From contig NC_047068.1 of assembly GCF_902459465.1 (NCBI RefSeq), positions 16,988,001 through 17,052,000 of the forward strand: DNA of 64,000 nt, read 5' to 3'. Positions 1-21,011 of this stretch are shown in pieces. The stretch comes from Asterias rubens (lineage: Eukaryota). The notes under the pieces were generated by a model that was not told where the DNA came from, searched no databases, and saw nothing but the letters and a program-made list of their open reading frames with translations. The position numbers and the translations under genes were made by a program. Each line of letters starts with the position of its first letter. Position 1 is the stretch's first letter.

Positions 1-3000
1 TGGATGGCCTCCAAGAAAAAGGAAATATTGGAATATTAAATACTGGGTTTCAGTGGTTGAAACCCCTATACTGAAACTGAATATGGTTGATTGGATAAGA
101 TTACTTACAACGACTTGAAAGTACAAACAATAAACACATGAACAAACAATACATCTTTGATAGAAAAAACAAAGTATTCTTTGGAATTTAACTAAAAAGA
201 AAAAGAAGACTTGTACAAAAAATTGTGTTTTTGTCTTATTATAAAATGTAACGAACAATCTCAATCGCTACCTCAGCAACATGTCATAAGAGAATGGTGG
301 CCCCCCCGCAGCCTACCCCCTTCTCACCCCCCCCCCTCTCACTTTTGAAAAATGCCCCCCCCCAAAAAAAAAAAAAAAAAAAAGAAAGAAAGAAAAAAAA
401 GTCCTGGTTCTGCGCTCCCATCAACGCGTGGTTTTGAAATATCCAAATCTTTTGGATATTTTAATAGTCCTGTGGTTGATCCATTCTGTGTCAGAGACAT
501 AATTGTACATCAATAATGTGTGATCATTCTTTAAATACAATCATTTTACTTTTTCATGCGCCGACTGACCACTTGCAAAACCTTCAGAAAAAAAGATGTA
601 AAAACAAAAAAGAAAGATCGCAGGACCACACAGTTTTTAGTTTGGGAAAGAGGACTTTTAGGGTGCTGTGGGACCTGTTTTGAGGGGGTTGCCATGCCAT
701 TTGCAAAATGTCCACATGATCCGTTTATCACTAAAATAAATGGTGCCTGAAGAGGTTAAAAATACTGTTCTGCCCAGTGCAAAATGGAATGTAGGTTTAC
801 CTTGTGAAAAACACATGTGTGATGAGATTGCTCAGGCGAAGCTGCACTTGACTTGGCAGACAGATCCGAAGTATGAACACTGCTGTCTAGAACAATAATA
901 CAGGGTGAGTCAAAACGAAGTTGACCGAGATTTATGATTTAAAAACAAAACAACAACTGACACTCAAAACTCAAGTGAACCACATAAACAAGCATTCTTT
1001 TCTGCTTATCTGAAAGAAAAAAAGAATTAAACAAATTGATTTCAAAGAGAAGTTATGCCTGTTTTACTAAAGGCACTCATGTTTGTAGCTGTCTATGGAA
1101 TGTTACTGGTAATGCATGACTGAATCTACATAAGTAGCAAAGGGTATAATTTGCTTACTTTACATTTGTTTTGTCAAGTATTGTAAAATTACAGCTTGCA
1201 AAATGAGTACCTTAATTAAAATAGACATCCTCTTAGGAATGATCAATTTCTTTCATTTGTTATATTTCTAATAAGCAGAAGAGTGTCTGTTATGCTTTAC
1301 TGAACTTTTGAGTGGCATTTGTTTGTTGTGAAAAACATCACCAATCACGGTCAAATTCTTGACACGCCCTGTAAAAGCAAATCATGAAGTCATTGTGTGC
1401 AGCAAAATGCGTTTCCAACGAACAACTCATCAAATGGTAGCAACTGGGTGTCATTTGCACTGAAGCAAATTGTCAATTCTTCAGTGACCTCGGTACTCTC
1501 TATGAATCAAGTTAAGGTACAGCTTTGGAGTTGCTGTCAACAAGACTGCTTGATGAAGTGAGTAAATTAAATCGCTGTTAAAGTGACACGTTGCCTAAGA
1601 TCAGGCAAGTTGGTAAATAAAAAAGCGTTCGAAAATGTTTGTTTCTAAGATAAGAGACAGATATTTTAAAAGTAAAATATAATGATCAACACAAATATGC
1701 CTCAAAAGTGTTGGTTTTCCTCTTACTTTACAAACTAACATGGTTGGCCATTTCAAAAATTTGACTCCACAAGGTGGCATGCCTTGTTAGTTCAAGCTCT
1801 ATAGCTAAAAACAAACCTGTACTGTTGCTTGGCGAATCTTTCCAATAATACCATGGCGATGATATTCACTGTCTCCCAATAAAATGACATAGCTTGCCAA
1901 CAGGAAGAAAACCATGTACGCAATTATCAACGTCAGAAAATCTGCCATTTGTTATTAGTCGGCCCTGAAAAGAAATCATAAAAAAAAGTAAATTTAAATA
2001 AAGGTTTCCCAAAAATTGATGCGGGTTTTGATAAATGAAAATGGAATTCTCCTTTTATGGTATAATTCAATGCTTTGTGACCTTTACTTAAAAATATTGT
2101 GCTTGAATTATATTTTTTATAGAACATTCATATTCATAAAAACAAACTTTTCAATTTCATTGCATTTCACTACATTCTATATTAATATACTATTCTGGTT
2201 ATAAAACTTAAAAGCCAGGCCCTCTAATCTAAAAAAAATAAATATAGAATAAACAAACTTAGTCTTTAAATTAAAGCCAAGCCCAATGCAATAATAATGG
2301 AAAGAAAACAATCGTAAGAATTGAAAAGAAGTTTCAGTTTTAAGTGGGAGGGAAAGAAAATCCAAGAGACTTGTTCAAAGGAAAATCCTCATAATAATAT
2401 TATAGTATAGACTGATGAACACCCAAACCACATGTCCACGAAACATGGGTAGTGTACACTCGACTTTGGTTTGGTGCATTCCCTGCATGTGTGCACTCAT
2501 TGCTAAAAAATGTACTAACTAAGCTAGCGTTTCAGTACGCAGATAGCAAGAAGAATGTTAAAAAATCAAATTCTACGGACGGTCACACTTCGATAATACG
2601 AAGGACAGTTGGAACATTATATAGTTTAACACTTTATCCAGCATTTACAATATCATTTAAAAAGACAAACATTAAATGGAGAAAAGGGAAGTTCACCTCA
2701 CAGGGAGAGCGCAACTGTTTTGCAGACGACTTTCATTTCATGAATCTATTTTCATCGGTCAACAGTAACAGCGCCCTCAAGTGTTAAAAAAAGTAAACAA
2801 AAAATAATCACTGAACTATCGATGAAAAACAGCTACAGCTAGCTCAGCAGGTCAACTCGTTTATTTCTCAACAATCTAAAAGGTAAAGTAATATAGAATA
2901 GAAAGAAAGTATTAAATTGAAGTAAACATTAACTATTATTTTGTCTGATAAGTATACTGATATAGTTGCGATAACGTAACCCTCCTCCCGACGGCCGCCA

Positions 3001-4183
3001 GTTATCGCAACTAATTTTGCCTAAATTTAGTGCTGACTTCAGATCAGATTTTATCTGGGCATGCTGGCCGGGCATACATCCTTAATTCTATTTAAACCCC
3101 CATTACTTTGGTACATGACCGAGTCTACATCTATTTACATGTATCCTCCACTTACCAGTTCTCACGCTATTTATGCCCTTTTCTTTGAATTGGGAAAAAA
3201 ATAATGAAAAATGATGCCATATATCAACCGATGCCCTAATTATCTTTATTTGTTAATATGAAGTTTGCAAACATATATTAAAACTTGATGGACATTGATT
3301 GAAATGTTCACACCACACAACGATCTTCGATGACTTCAACTGGCCTCATTTGTTTCGAGTTTTTCCTGTGTTCACGGCAAACGAGAAAGTATGGTTTCCC
3401 GGTGAAGCCATACATGGAAGAAACATCTGCAGTGACTACAAGTGTTCTTTGAGACTCTTAGTATGACTCTATAGCCAGCAGTTGCCTTCATTTTACTAAA
3501 AAAAAAATTATTAAATTTTCAAAATTACCATGGTAACTTGCAAAAAATTAAAAAAAATTATAAAAATATAAAATGTGTGAATAATTACTGGCTTTTAAAT
3601 CTGGTTTTGTTTTTTTTTCTTTTTTTTTCTTCTTAATATTTACAATAAAGCGTATTTAAATAAACAGTGATAATTGAATCAACAAGCTGATGTTTAAATT
3701 TTAATATTAATAATAATATTGATATGAGGGTTAAAAAATAAAAATCTCCAAAAATATTAGAAAATGATATAAGGCACATGGCTTCTTTAAGCCTCTGTAT
3801 TTTTTTTTCAGAAAGCTCAGCAAAACATTCAGTCACATGATTTTGATCATCATGAATTGTGAATTGAAATAGTGTGTGATGAAACTTTTTCGGTGGGCAA
3901 ATATTTTTATATGGCCTCAACATTATGACATGTTTTTGAACCTTGTAGAAATGCCTAAAATACCAAACCTTTTGCGTTTACAAGTGCAAATGACTAGTGG
4001 AGCCTTACGTGTTTCTAAGTTTTGGTCAAGGGAGAGGAGACTCTTTGCTTGGCAAATAAAACCACACAATTTTTATCTAGGGACTGTTTACATCGCGCAC
4101 AGAGAGGTAAAAGATTTGCACGATTTTAGGGACACCTCGAAAACAGGACCTCCTACGATATCTCTTTTTTTTATGCCAGCAAG

Positions 4184-12618
<8,435 letters not shown>

Positions 12619-14429
12619 CAGTATGGGTCGGACTGTAGAATGGTCCCCTGTCTTATTCCAAGGATTTTCCTCAGAGGGACAGGATACCTCTGGTAATAGA
12701 CCCTTCCAATGAAATATGTAAATTGCACTCAGCGCGTGCGCACTAACGTTTTGGTTGGCAAAATGAGGGAGTATCGCGCTGTTTTGTACATGGCTAACAG
12801 GTGCGTGACGCAGACGCGATTGCGCGTCTACTTAGTGCACAACTCTATGGCGTTTGCCAACCAACAGGGTCTGTACGCATGCGTGAATGTTGTTAGCATA
12901 TTTCATGGGAAGGGTTCATTGTCAAAGACCAGTATTCTTACTTAGTGTATCCCAAAAATTTATAAAATGACAACTGTGAACATTTTGGCTCAATTGGTCA
13001 CTGAGGTTGCAAGAGAGTAATAACAGAAAAATACCCTTGTTGCACAATCTTTCTTCAGATACCTAACAAAGACTTCAGGTTTGAAGTCTTTTATTATTTG
13101 AGTGAGATATTACGTCTTTCTCAAAAACTATGTTACTTCAGGTGGAGCCGTGTTTTCACAATGTTTCATACTGTCGACAGCTCTCCTGTGCTTGTTAACA
13201 AGTTTTTCTGCCAATAATTATTTTGAGTAATTACCAATACACCACATGTAGGACTTTCTGAAATTATCAACAATGACAACTGTGAAGTGAAAGATAAAAT
13301 GTGCAATAGTTTTCTAAGAATCGTGTTGAGATTAAAATAATTTGAATGATGCCGAAAAGGTATGCAACTTAGCTTCTCACCTCGTTTTTGGTTATTAAGT
13401 AACTGTTTATTATGGTTATTAAGTACATTATAGAGTAGAGATTACAAGTTATTGAATGATTTTAATATAAAACACTAACCTATTTACATATATTTTAGAT
13501 AATGATCACTCTTTAACAAAATTTCTATACATGATGAGCCAGTTATAAAATTGCTTGGAATTAAAAACAATTTTTTGTACAAGATTATTTTACATTGTTG
13601 AATGTGATTTATTTGATCTGTGCTCTTACTAACAAACCCAAGTAAAAGGCAGGGTATACTTTCGAATCACTGCCTGCAATACGCGCTGCTCATAAAATGC
13701 AGGTTAAAGGCCAATTAAGCTGCATTTCCACTGAGTATGCGGATCCTAATAAGCCTGAGCCCAAGCCGAACTTTGAGAAAGGCACCCAGGTCTGGCGATC
13801 ATGTTGACAGAGCTGTCAACATTTACATCTTGCAATCAACAGTCAAGGAGATTTTGTCCAACAAACAGGGAGATACTTAGAAAATACATTCAACATAATG
13901 GGGAAAATTTTCAATAACCAGGAAGACTTTTAAATGTGATCATCAGAACATGGGGCGCTTCGTTTAATTGCAGGGAACTTTATGCAGAACCAGGGAGAGT
14001 GTAGCAGCTCTGCCATTGATAAATATTTATATATCCCTGGTGATACTGATTGTTACTTTAATATGACAGGCCTGGAATTACACAGAATTAGGCCTCTCAG
14101 GCCTGTATGCTTTGTTTTGAAAGGACAAGGGCACCAAGGCAATTAATCCTCGGTAAAGGGCACCCTATGAGGAAATTGTAAAGTTCTACTGGAGCATTCC
14201 TAGGGCACCAAGGCAATGGCCAGGGTAGGGGGCATGGATGCCTCCGTAAAGTATCAGGCCTGGTCTCTGTTGCCCTATCTATTGGCCACTGGTCCCCCTT
14301 TATAAAGTTTCAATAGACTGTAAGATTTTATAATTCAAGTGCCCTTTGCAAAATGAAAATGGCCTTGCCCTCTCATAGATGAAATTCCAGGCCAGTATGC
14401 TGTACATTGGCTTTCTTCAAGAACAATCT

Positions 14430-16518
14430 TTAGTCCTTCTTCCCACCTTGCAGCATGTTGTCCCACTGTTTCTTCATGCGCTGTCTCAGAACATTATCCT
14501 CATTCCATTTACCTGAAAAAACAAATTTAAAATGGTCTTAATAAAGTATACATGTAAATAAATTTGGCTGTAGATTGCAATAGATTCTAGTCTTATCTAG
14601 AGTAAGGACGAGTTACTCATCCTAACTTACAGTCCACATGTAGGACTAGCCTTGAGTTCTCCTAGGACTAGTCCTAACTCTTTGTGAAATCGTTCCCTGG
14701 GCCAAATTTTAGACTGCCTGAAGCATAAAAACCTGCCAAACACGGCAAAATATTGCTTAAAAATAACAGAAACTGGTTACCATGGCCCAATATCGTAAAG
14801 CTGTTAACCAGAAAATACTGCTTGACATAATTTTTCTTTGCTTAGCAAAAATTGAGTCGAGCACCATTCACAACTATGCAAACATATGTAATTTCGGCTG
14901 GTTATCTGAATCTGCTAAGCAGTACTAAACTGAAACAAGTTTTTTGGACTTACAAGTTTAATGAAATTGGGCCCAGACAAAATCCCAAAGGTTCCCTTCG
15001 CTGCGACTGGTGTCTCACTATTTTTTTGCTAAGCAAAGAAACCTGCTAGAACATATGTTCAGCTTAAAACAATATTTAAGTTAATGAAATTGGGCACTGA
15101 TATTCTGGTTTGAAGGTTTGCTTCAAAGTGGGAGGTAAGTCTATGTCTTAGCAGGGATCTTGAAATAAGTTATAAAAGTTACTCACTCTTAGTACAAATA
15201 GCAGATACATTAGGGTGACCAAAAGACAACTTGTCAGCCACCACCTCAGCTCAACATTTCAGTGAGATAGGCCCTATGGGTTGTCGGGTGTTTCCGTATT
15301 CATCCAATGTCTTCCCCGACACTTCAATACAATAATTAAATGAGGTTTTCAGTAACACAGTACATGTGTGAAAATCTCTTGAAGACTATCAGAGCATACT
15401 GATTGAAACATTGAGTTGTCACAGGTTCCTTTCAGAACCAATACAACTCAAAAGAGATTTTCACATGGTGTTCACCGCAAACCTCACCTAATTACAAGTC
15501 CATCATACAAAGTTTCAGATGATATTCAACACTATACCCTGTACTTACTATCTGCATTTCTTTGCACACCAAACTTTGGAGGGTAACTTTCAGTTGACTT
15601 GGATGCCACTTCGTCAGTGTAGGAGCTTGTATTTAAGCTTTTGATATGACTGTGAGCCACACCGTTGAAGATATCTTGTCTAAGAGCATTGCCGAGTGCA
15701 TCGTAAAAAGGCTCTGAGGTCAATGCAATATGGTCAGATGGTGATGACTTCACAACCATTCTGCGTCTGGCCGGCTCTTTCGCTTCCATGGATTGGCGGA
15801 ACTCTTCTGGATTTTTCAGTAAAGTGTTACACAAGTCCTGCCCGTGAGTGTGCCTGATGTTTGCGGGGATGTAGAAAATGTCATCAGATTTCACTTTGTT
15901 TGGGAACTCAACTGGGGCAAGGCCAGTACCAGATCTTGATTTCGAACCCCTACCCTGGACAGTTGCGTATTTTTTTCCTTTGTAGGAAAACATGCCACCT
16001 TTACCAAGAGCATTCCCAGCATGCTGGTACTTGGAGTTCTTTGCCGGTTGGCGAAATCTCTCGTAATTGTAGTCCATTCTTTGGTCTAAGCCAAGCCTGT
16101 TGAACTGCTCCCCGAGTGCAATATCTCGTGGGTTGTGTTTGACGTCATTCTGATAGGGGCTATAGTTCCTCTTTGGACTGAATGTGAGAGCTCCGACTGG
16201 AATTTGAGGTTTGATCGTGTCTGGATCTGGATTGAAGTGGATGGCATAGTGTTGCATCTCATCTAGATTCCCACTAGCATGTTTGACTTTGTGAGCCTGT
16301 TTTCGTAGTTCTACTTCATTGGCTTTGATAATTGTGTCCGCCTTAGGATCCCTGTAAGACGCCAATTTGTCTGGTTTTGCTGGCGTTGGCAAGGCTTCGG
16401 CCTGTCCGGTTTCAGCAAGGGCCTGTTCATCTTTGATCTCGACAATTGTTCCAAAGAGGCTGCGAGGGGGAACTGCCTTGGTACGCTTAGATCTCAGATC
16501 CATCACTGACGCTGCCAT
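14430..16518 (-). CDS. TEX33: TEX33-like protein, 2 coding exons, about 350 aa
   Basis: Exon 15549-16518 ends at donor A|GTAAGT and joins exon 14430-14512 (tttttcag|GT AAA TGG ... TAA). Segments IPANIRHTHG, YDALGNALRQDIF, KSLNTSSYTDEV and GVQRNADSKWNEDN match my recollection of the TEX33 C-terminal domain (IPANIRHKFG, YDLGYNMRSNLF, KSLMKASYTPEV, GRKTDDLGRWHQKN). A 5' UTR acceptor lies at 16543-16544. Confidence 0.75.
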
Positions 16519-16801
16519 ATTCCTTGATCAAGTTGCTTCTGTCTGAAATAAACATAGAATATTATACATGTATTTATAAATAAAAAAACAGGATAATGAC
16601 ATTGTGTATTTAATGACTTTTTTATATATTTTATTTAACAGCAACACAAAGCATTATTGCTCCTAGTTGCGATAATGTGACCCTCCTCCCGACAGCCGAC
16701 TCCGGCCTCTCGGCTGTCGGGAGGAGGGTTATGTTTAATATCGCAACTATTGCTCCTTAGGTGTAATTAGTTAGCAAGGATCAGTAAAAGGAATGCGACA
16801 A

Positions 16802-16846
16802 ATCAACTTTTTCGATCAGTATATGCCCTGATCATCTTCAGGAGAA
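16802..16846 (-). ncRNA. Hammerhead-like motif, family C
   Basis: The minus strand reads ctc CTGAAGA t gatcag ggcatata ctgatc GAAA aagtt; stems I and III are degenerate. Confidence 0.5.
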
Positions 16847-16956
16847 TTGCGCAAATAAATAAATAGCGGAAACGTTGATTTATTAAATATACTCATCATC
16901 ATTATCATACCACCTATTCCAAAAATCCAAGTTCTACCTTCATGACCTTATTCTAT

Positions 16957-17079
16957 GGGTGCGTTCGTTTAGCTTCCCTGGGTCGACCTCGGTGTGTGGT
17001 GGGTTTCGAGGATGAACGTGGGTAATTATCTGCACACGTTCGTCCTGGGTCGACCCAGGGAAGCTAAACGAACGCACCC
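16957..17079. mobile_element. Short MITE with about 32-bp TIRs
   Basis: gggtgcgttcgtttagcttccctgggtcgacc at the left end and its exact reverse complement at the right end. Confidence 0.75.
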
Positions 17080-17554
17080 TATTATATAATAGAACTAGGC
17101 TAGGGTCTATCCATTCAAACAATGTTTTGCACTCCCAGTCCCAGTCCCACCACGCAAAGTTTAAAATCCTACTTTTTAAGATGTGCATTTGTCATTTGCA
17201 GCTGAGAAAGTGTAAGAATGACTGAACGAACCAAAAACAATATGATCAATTTAATTTACCAACCAAATAAATAAGTACAAATAAAATCATCAACAAAAAC
17301 AACAGCAAGCAAGCCAAGATTCAAGAAAAGTGCAAGTTGAAAAACAAAAAGTGATGGATTAATTGTTTCCTATGATGTGCCACGCATGCCACCGTAATCT
17401 CATTTTTAATAAACCTTACCGTTCTTCTTTAATTATTTCTCGTTAAATTTTTGACCAAAATCTTCTTTCGTGACATGTCACCGGATTCATGTCCTGTGTT
17501 TTTCTCGCGGACACACGTCAACTTACACGATGGGGATTTCCTCCCCGTGTGCCT

Positions 17555-17579
17555 GTTGCTAAGGTGTTGCTAAGGGAAT
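17555..17579. promoter_or_regulatory. Tandem RFX X-box-like motifs in the TEX33/TXN2 divergent promoter
   Basis: GTTGCTAAGG and GTTGCTAAGGGAAT lie between a minus-strand donor (17418-17419) and a plus-strand donor (17899-17900). Confidence 0.45.
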
Positions 17580-18388
17580 TCCCATCCTCTTTCAATTAGT
17601 TTTGATCATATTTTTGTATTAAATAAATATTTAATTAATTTATTTCAAAACAAATATTATTGCATCCAATATCTTTACATAGTTTCAAAAAGTCAATTAA
17701 GATGGATTTTATTATTTAATACAGTGTTTTATCACAGTGTGCATAAGAAAAAAACAGTATGGTTCTGTTTAGCTGTGATTCTTTATCGTATGTATTTGTA
17801 TTGGGGTGTGCAGGTGATCGGCCAACCATTTATTGCACGCGTTTGCCCATCAAAAAGAATCCACGACACGGCGACAAGACTGTTCAACATACAGGAGGGT
17901 AAGGTTAATAATCTAAAATGAACGCAAAATGACTGTACACAACTTGTGCCTCATATTAAGAAGGAATGAAGGAATGAAATTTGAATTGGAATCACGGCAG
18001 TCTATTTCATGTGGTTTTCCCATCCTTGCTTGATGGTTTTTCAGATGAATTTCTAAAACTCACTCATGCACACACACCACCACCATATTGATATAGCGCC
18101 CTCTGTTGATAAAACTGCACTTCTGACTTGGCCACAGTGAATGAGTGAATAAAGGGTTAATATTTTCACTTAATTAATAACACTTTCTTAAGAGGGATTT
18201 GTTGATGCATTTTTAGACTTTATGTACCTTTATGCTATATGAGCATTATGTACTCGGCAATTACCAAAGTTCTGTGAACAAACATCACAGGCATATTACT
18301 CGCGTGGGATTCAAACCCACGACCTTTATTTGCAATTATAGACCTACAGTACTAGCTACACAACAAGTGACCACTGAGATTGCCCCAT

Positions 18389-18680
18389 GCTACTTCTAGA
18401 AACTATAAGGCTCCCCTGTGAGCCTTATAGGGGTCTAATATTTGTTGACGATGTTTTTATATTTCACTCAACAAAAAGGAAAAAGCATTATGAATGTATA
18501 TTGAGTATGTGGGGAAAGTTTTGGTAGTGTAGTACAAAAGAAACTTAAGTAATTGCTGGCTGACGGTCGTAAAACTTTCACCTATCAACGCTGATTTGAA
18601 AAACGTATAGCATTAAGGAGGCCCAAAATTTTAGACCCCTATAAGGCTCACAGGGGAGCCTTATAGTTTCTAGAAGTAGC
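18389..18680. mobile_element. MITE with about 50-bp TIRs and a 5-bp target duplication (CCCAT)
   Basis: gctacttctagaaactataaggctcccctgtgagccttataggggtctaa and its reverse complement, with CCCAT on both sides. Confidence 0.8.
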
Positions 18681-18896
18681 CCCATGATGCCATAGCAAGA
18701 GGCAGTTCGAATCCTATATTTTTGCAGTGGTTACACTAACTCTAGAATTGCAAAAGGTTGTGGGTTTCGAATCCCACCCAAGTATACTTGTGATATTTTT
18801 GATATTCTTTATCCCCAAAGCAAATTTAACAACATGTTAACCTGTTGTGTTTTTGTGTCTTGCAGCATAACATAACTGATAAGAGCAACTGCAACG

Positions 18897-20534
18897 ATGG
18901 CTCTTCGTCTGAAAGTACTCCTAACTTCTCTATCATCGCTAAGGCAGTACCAGACTAGAGGTACACCCGCTGCTACTCGGATCTTGAATAGTGCTGTATC
19001 AGAACAAAGCAGGTAAAGGTTTAAATAAAAGCACAGGACACCTTTGGTAATTTGAGACCAGTATTGTCACTTGGTGTATCCCAACATGTATAAAATAACA
19101 ACTTTTACTCAATCGCTCAAGTTACAAGAGAATAATAAAGGAAAAAAAACCTTATATTGCACAAATTTGTGTGCTTTGATCTGCGTAATAAAAAGGCTTC
19201 AGGCCTGAAGTCAAGCTTGCAAGTTTGCCGAAGGTTAAAAGCCACACGTGGTAGAGGGTAGGCCCACTTGGGTTGCCAATGCTAATCCAATCCTTGGCCA
19301 CATGTCAGGACAAATTTTGTCTTTTAAAAGCTTATCGATAACAAATTTAAAGTGCTTTCTCAACGGGCGGGTCAGCGATTTAAACCAGCTTAATGTGGGC
19401 AGAGCGGATACAAAGAAAGGCAACCATAAAAATGTTTGCATCCTCACTCCGCCCACAGCCTGAATGGCTAATGACATCATGATTTGATTGGCTCAGTACA
19501 CATTGAGGAAAGTTGGTAAATTATTATTTGAAATACGGACTTGGCGTTTCATAAAAAAAAAGTTAAATTTTATTTTGAGTCTGTGCGTCACATATATAAA
19601 TATTGTATTTTCTTCCTAGAAAATTATCAACTGCAGAACCACCCTCATATGAAGAGTTTAATGTCCAGGATAAAGACGATTTCATTGAGAGGGTTTTAAA
19701 AAGCCCAGTTCCAATCATGGTTGACTTCCATGCAAGGTAAGCGGAAAACTCACTAGATGAGTATGGGGAAGACAAAAATCTATCTTTGTATTGATCAGTA
19801 GAATTTGAACATTACATTTCCTTAGTGTTTTAGAATCAACTGTTAGTGGTCCTGCTATTTTTGAAATAATGATGTATTCTACACTGACAACCCATCTGAA
19901 GATGAATCTTGGTGCTTTGTGAAATCGGCCCCTCGTCCAGGAGAACACTAAACTTACATCTTCCAGTATTCACACTTGGTGTATCCCAACATATGCATAA
20001 AGTAACAAACCTGTGAAAAAATTTAGGCTCAATTCGTCGTCTAGTTTGCAAGAGAAATAAGCAAGAAAAAACACCCTTGTTGCACAATTTTCTGTGCTTT
20101 CAGATGCATAATAGAAGGTGTGAATTCTTTAATTATTTGGGTGAGAAATTACCTCTTTCTCAAAAACTATCTTACTTCAGAGTGAGCCGTTTCTCACAAT
20201 GTTTTATACTAAGTTTTTATGCTAACAATTATTACCAATAGTGTCCACTGCCTTTAAAAACATTTTCTTTTTTTCCTGCTACTGCTGTCTTTCCAGTTGG
20301 TGCAAACCATGCCACGCACTCGCCCCTCGTCTTCAAGAGGTTATATCAGAGAGACCAGGGCGGGTTCAGCTGGCTAAAATAGACGTTGATGAGCACGGAG
20401 ACCTAGCCATGGAGTATGACGTTAGCTCTATCCCTAAGGTTATTATGTTTAAAGAGGGCAAGGTCGCTGGCGAATTTATCGGCCTGATGGAGAAGGACAA
20501 AATAGAAAGTTTTGTTGATCGATTGACATTATAA
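18897..20534 (+). CDS. TXN2: Mitochondrial thioredoxin, 3 coding exons, about 156 aa
   Basis: Exons 18897-19012, 19620-19736, 20297-20534 (471 nt). The N-terminus is Arg/Ser/Leu-rich like a transit peptide, followed by FNVQDKDDF, VDFHASWCKPC, AKIDVD and cis-Pro motif SSIP. Confidence 0.92.
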
Positions 20535-20920
20535 CACGATTAGTTAGTGAATAGTTAGTATAATCCAGACTGAATACAAAAACGTCTTTGCATGTCATCA
20601 CATTATAGGCCTGGAATTTCATCTTTGAAAGGACAAGGCCTTTTTCATCTTGCAAAGGGCACTTCCTTGAAAAAAACTCAATGGAAAACTTTTGAAGGAG
20701 CACCAAGGCCAACTCCAGGGGCAAAACAAGCCATGGCCTCCGTGGCCTGCCTGTTCCAGGCTTTCATTAAAGGCATTGTATAGGGTATACCTTTGGTTTT
20801 TTTGAACCGTTTGATTGTTTTAATACTATATAAATTTAGTTGTATACAATAAAATTCGTCAATCGTCATGTTTTTAAGATTTCACTGAAAATCCAGCGCG
20901 AATATGTCAATGCAGGAAGA

Positions 20921-20923
<3 letters not shown>

Positions 20924-21009
<86 letters not shown>
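20924..21009. repeat. (AAT)n microsatellite
   Basis: Uninterrupted AAT run downstream of TXN2. Confidence 0.95.

Positions 21010-21011
<2 letters not shown>

Noticed and set aside
1-4100. Short ORFs and a possible upstream gene
   Set aside because: No recognisable motifs or consistent exon chain. Only a probable ADPRH 5' UTR exon and repeats are visible.
15532-15548. ORF-track C-terminus SKYRV* of the 328-aa ORF
   Set aside because: It reads through a consensus GTAAGT donor. The spliced form restores the conserved Trp-containing end.
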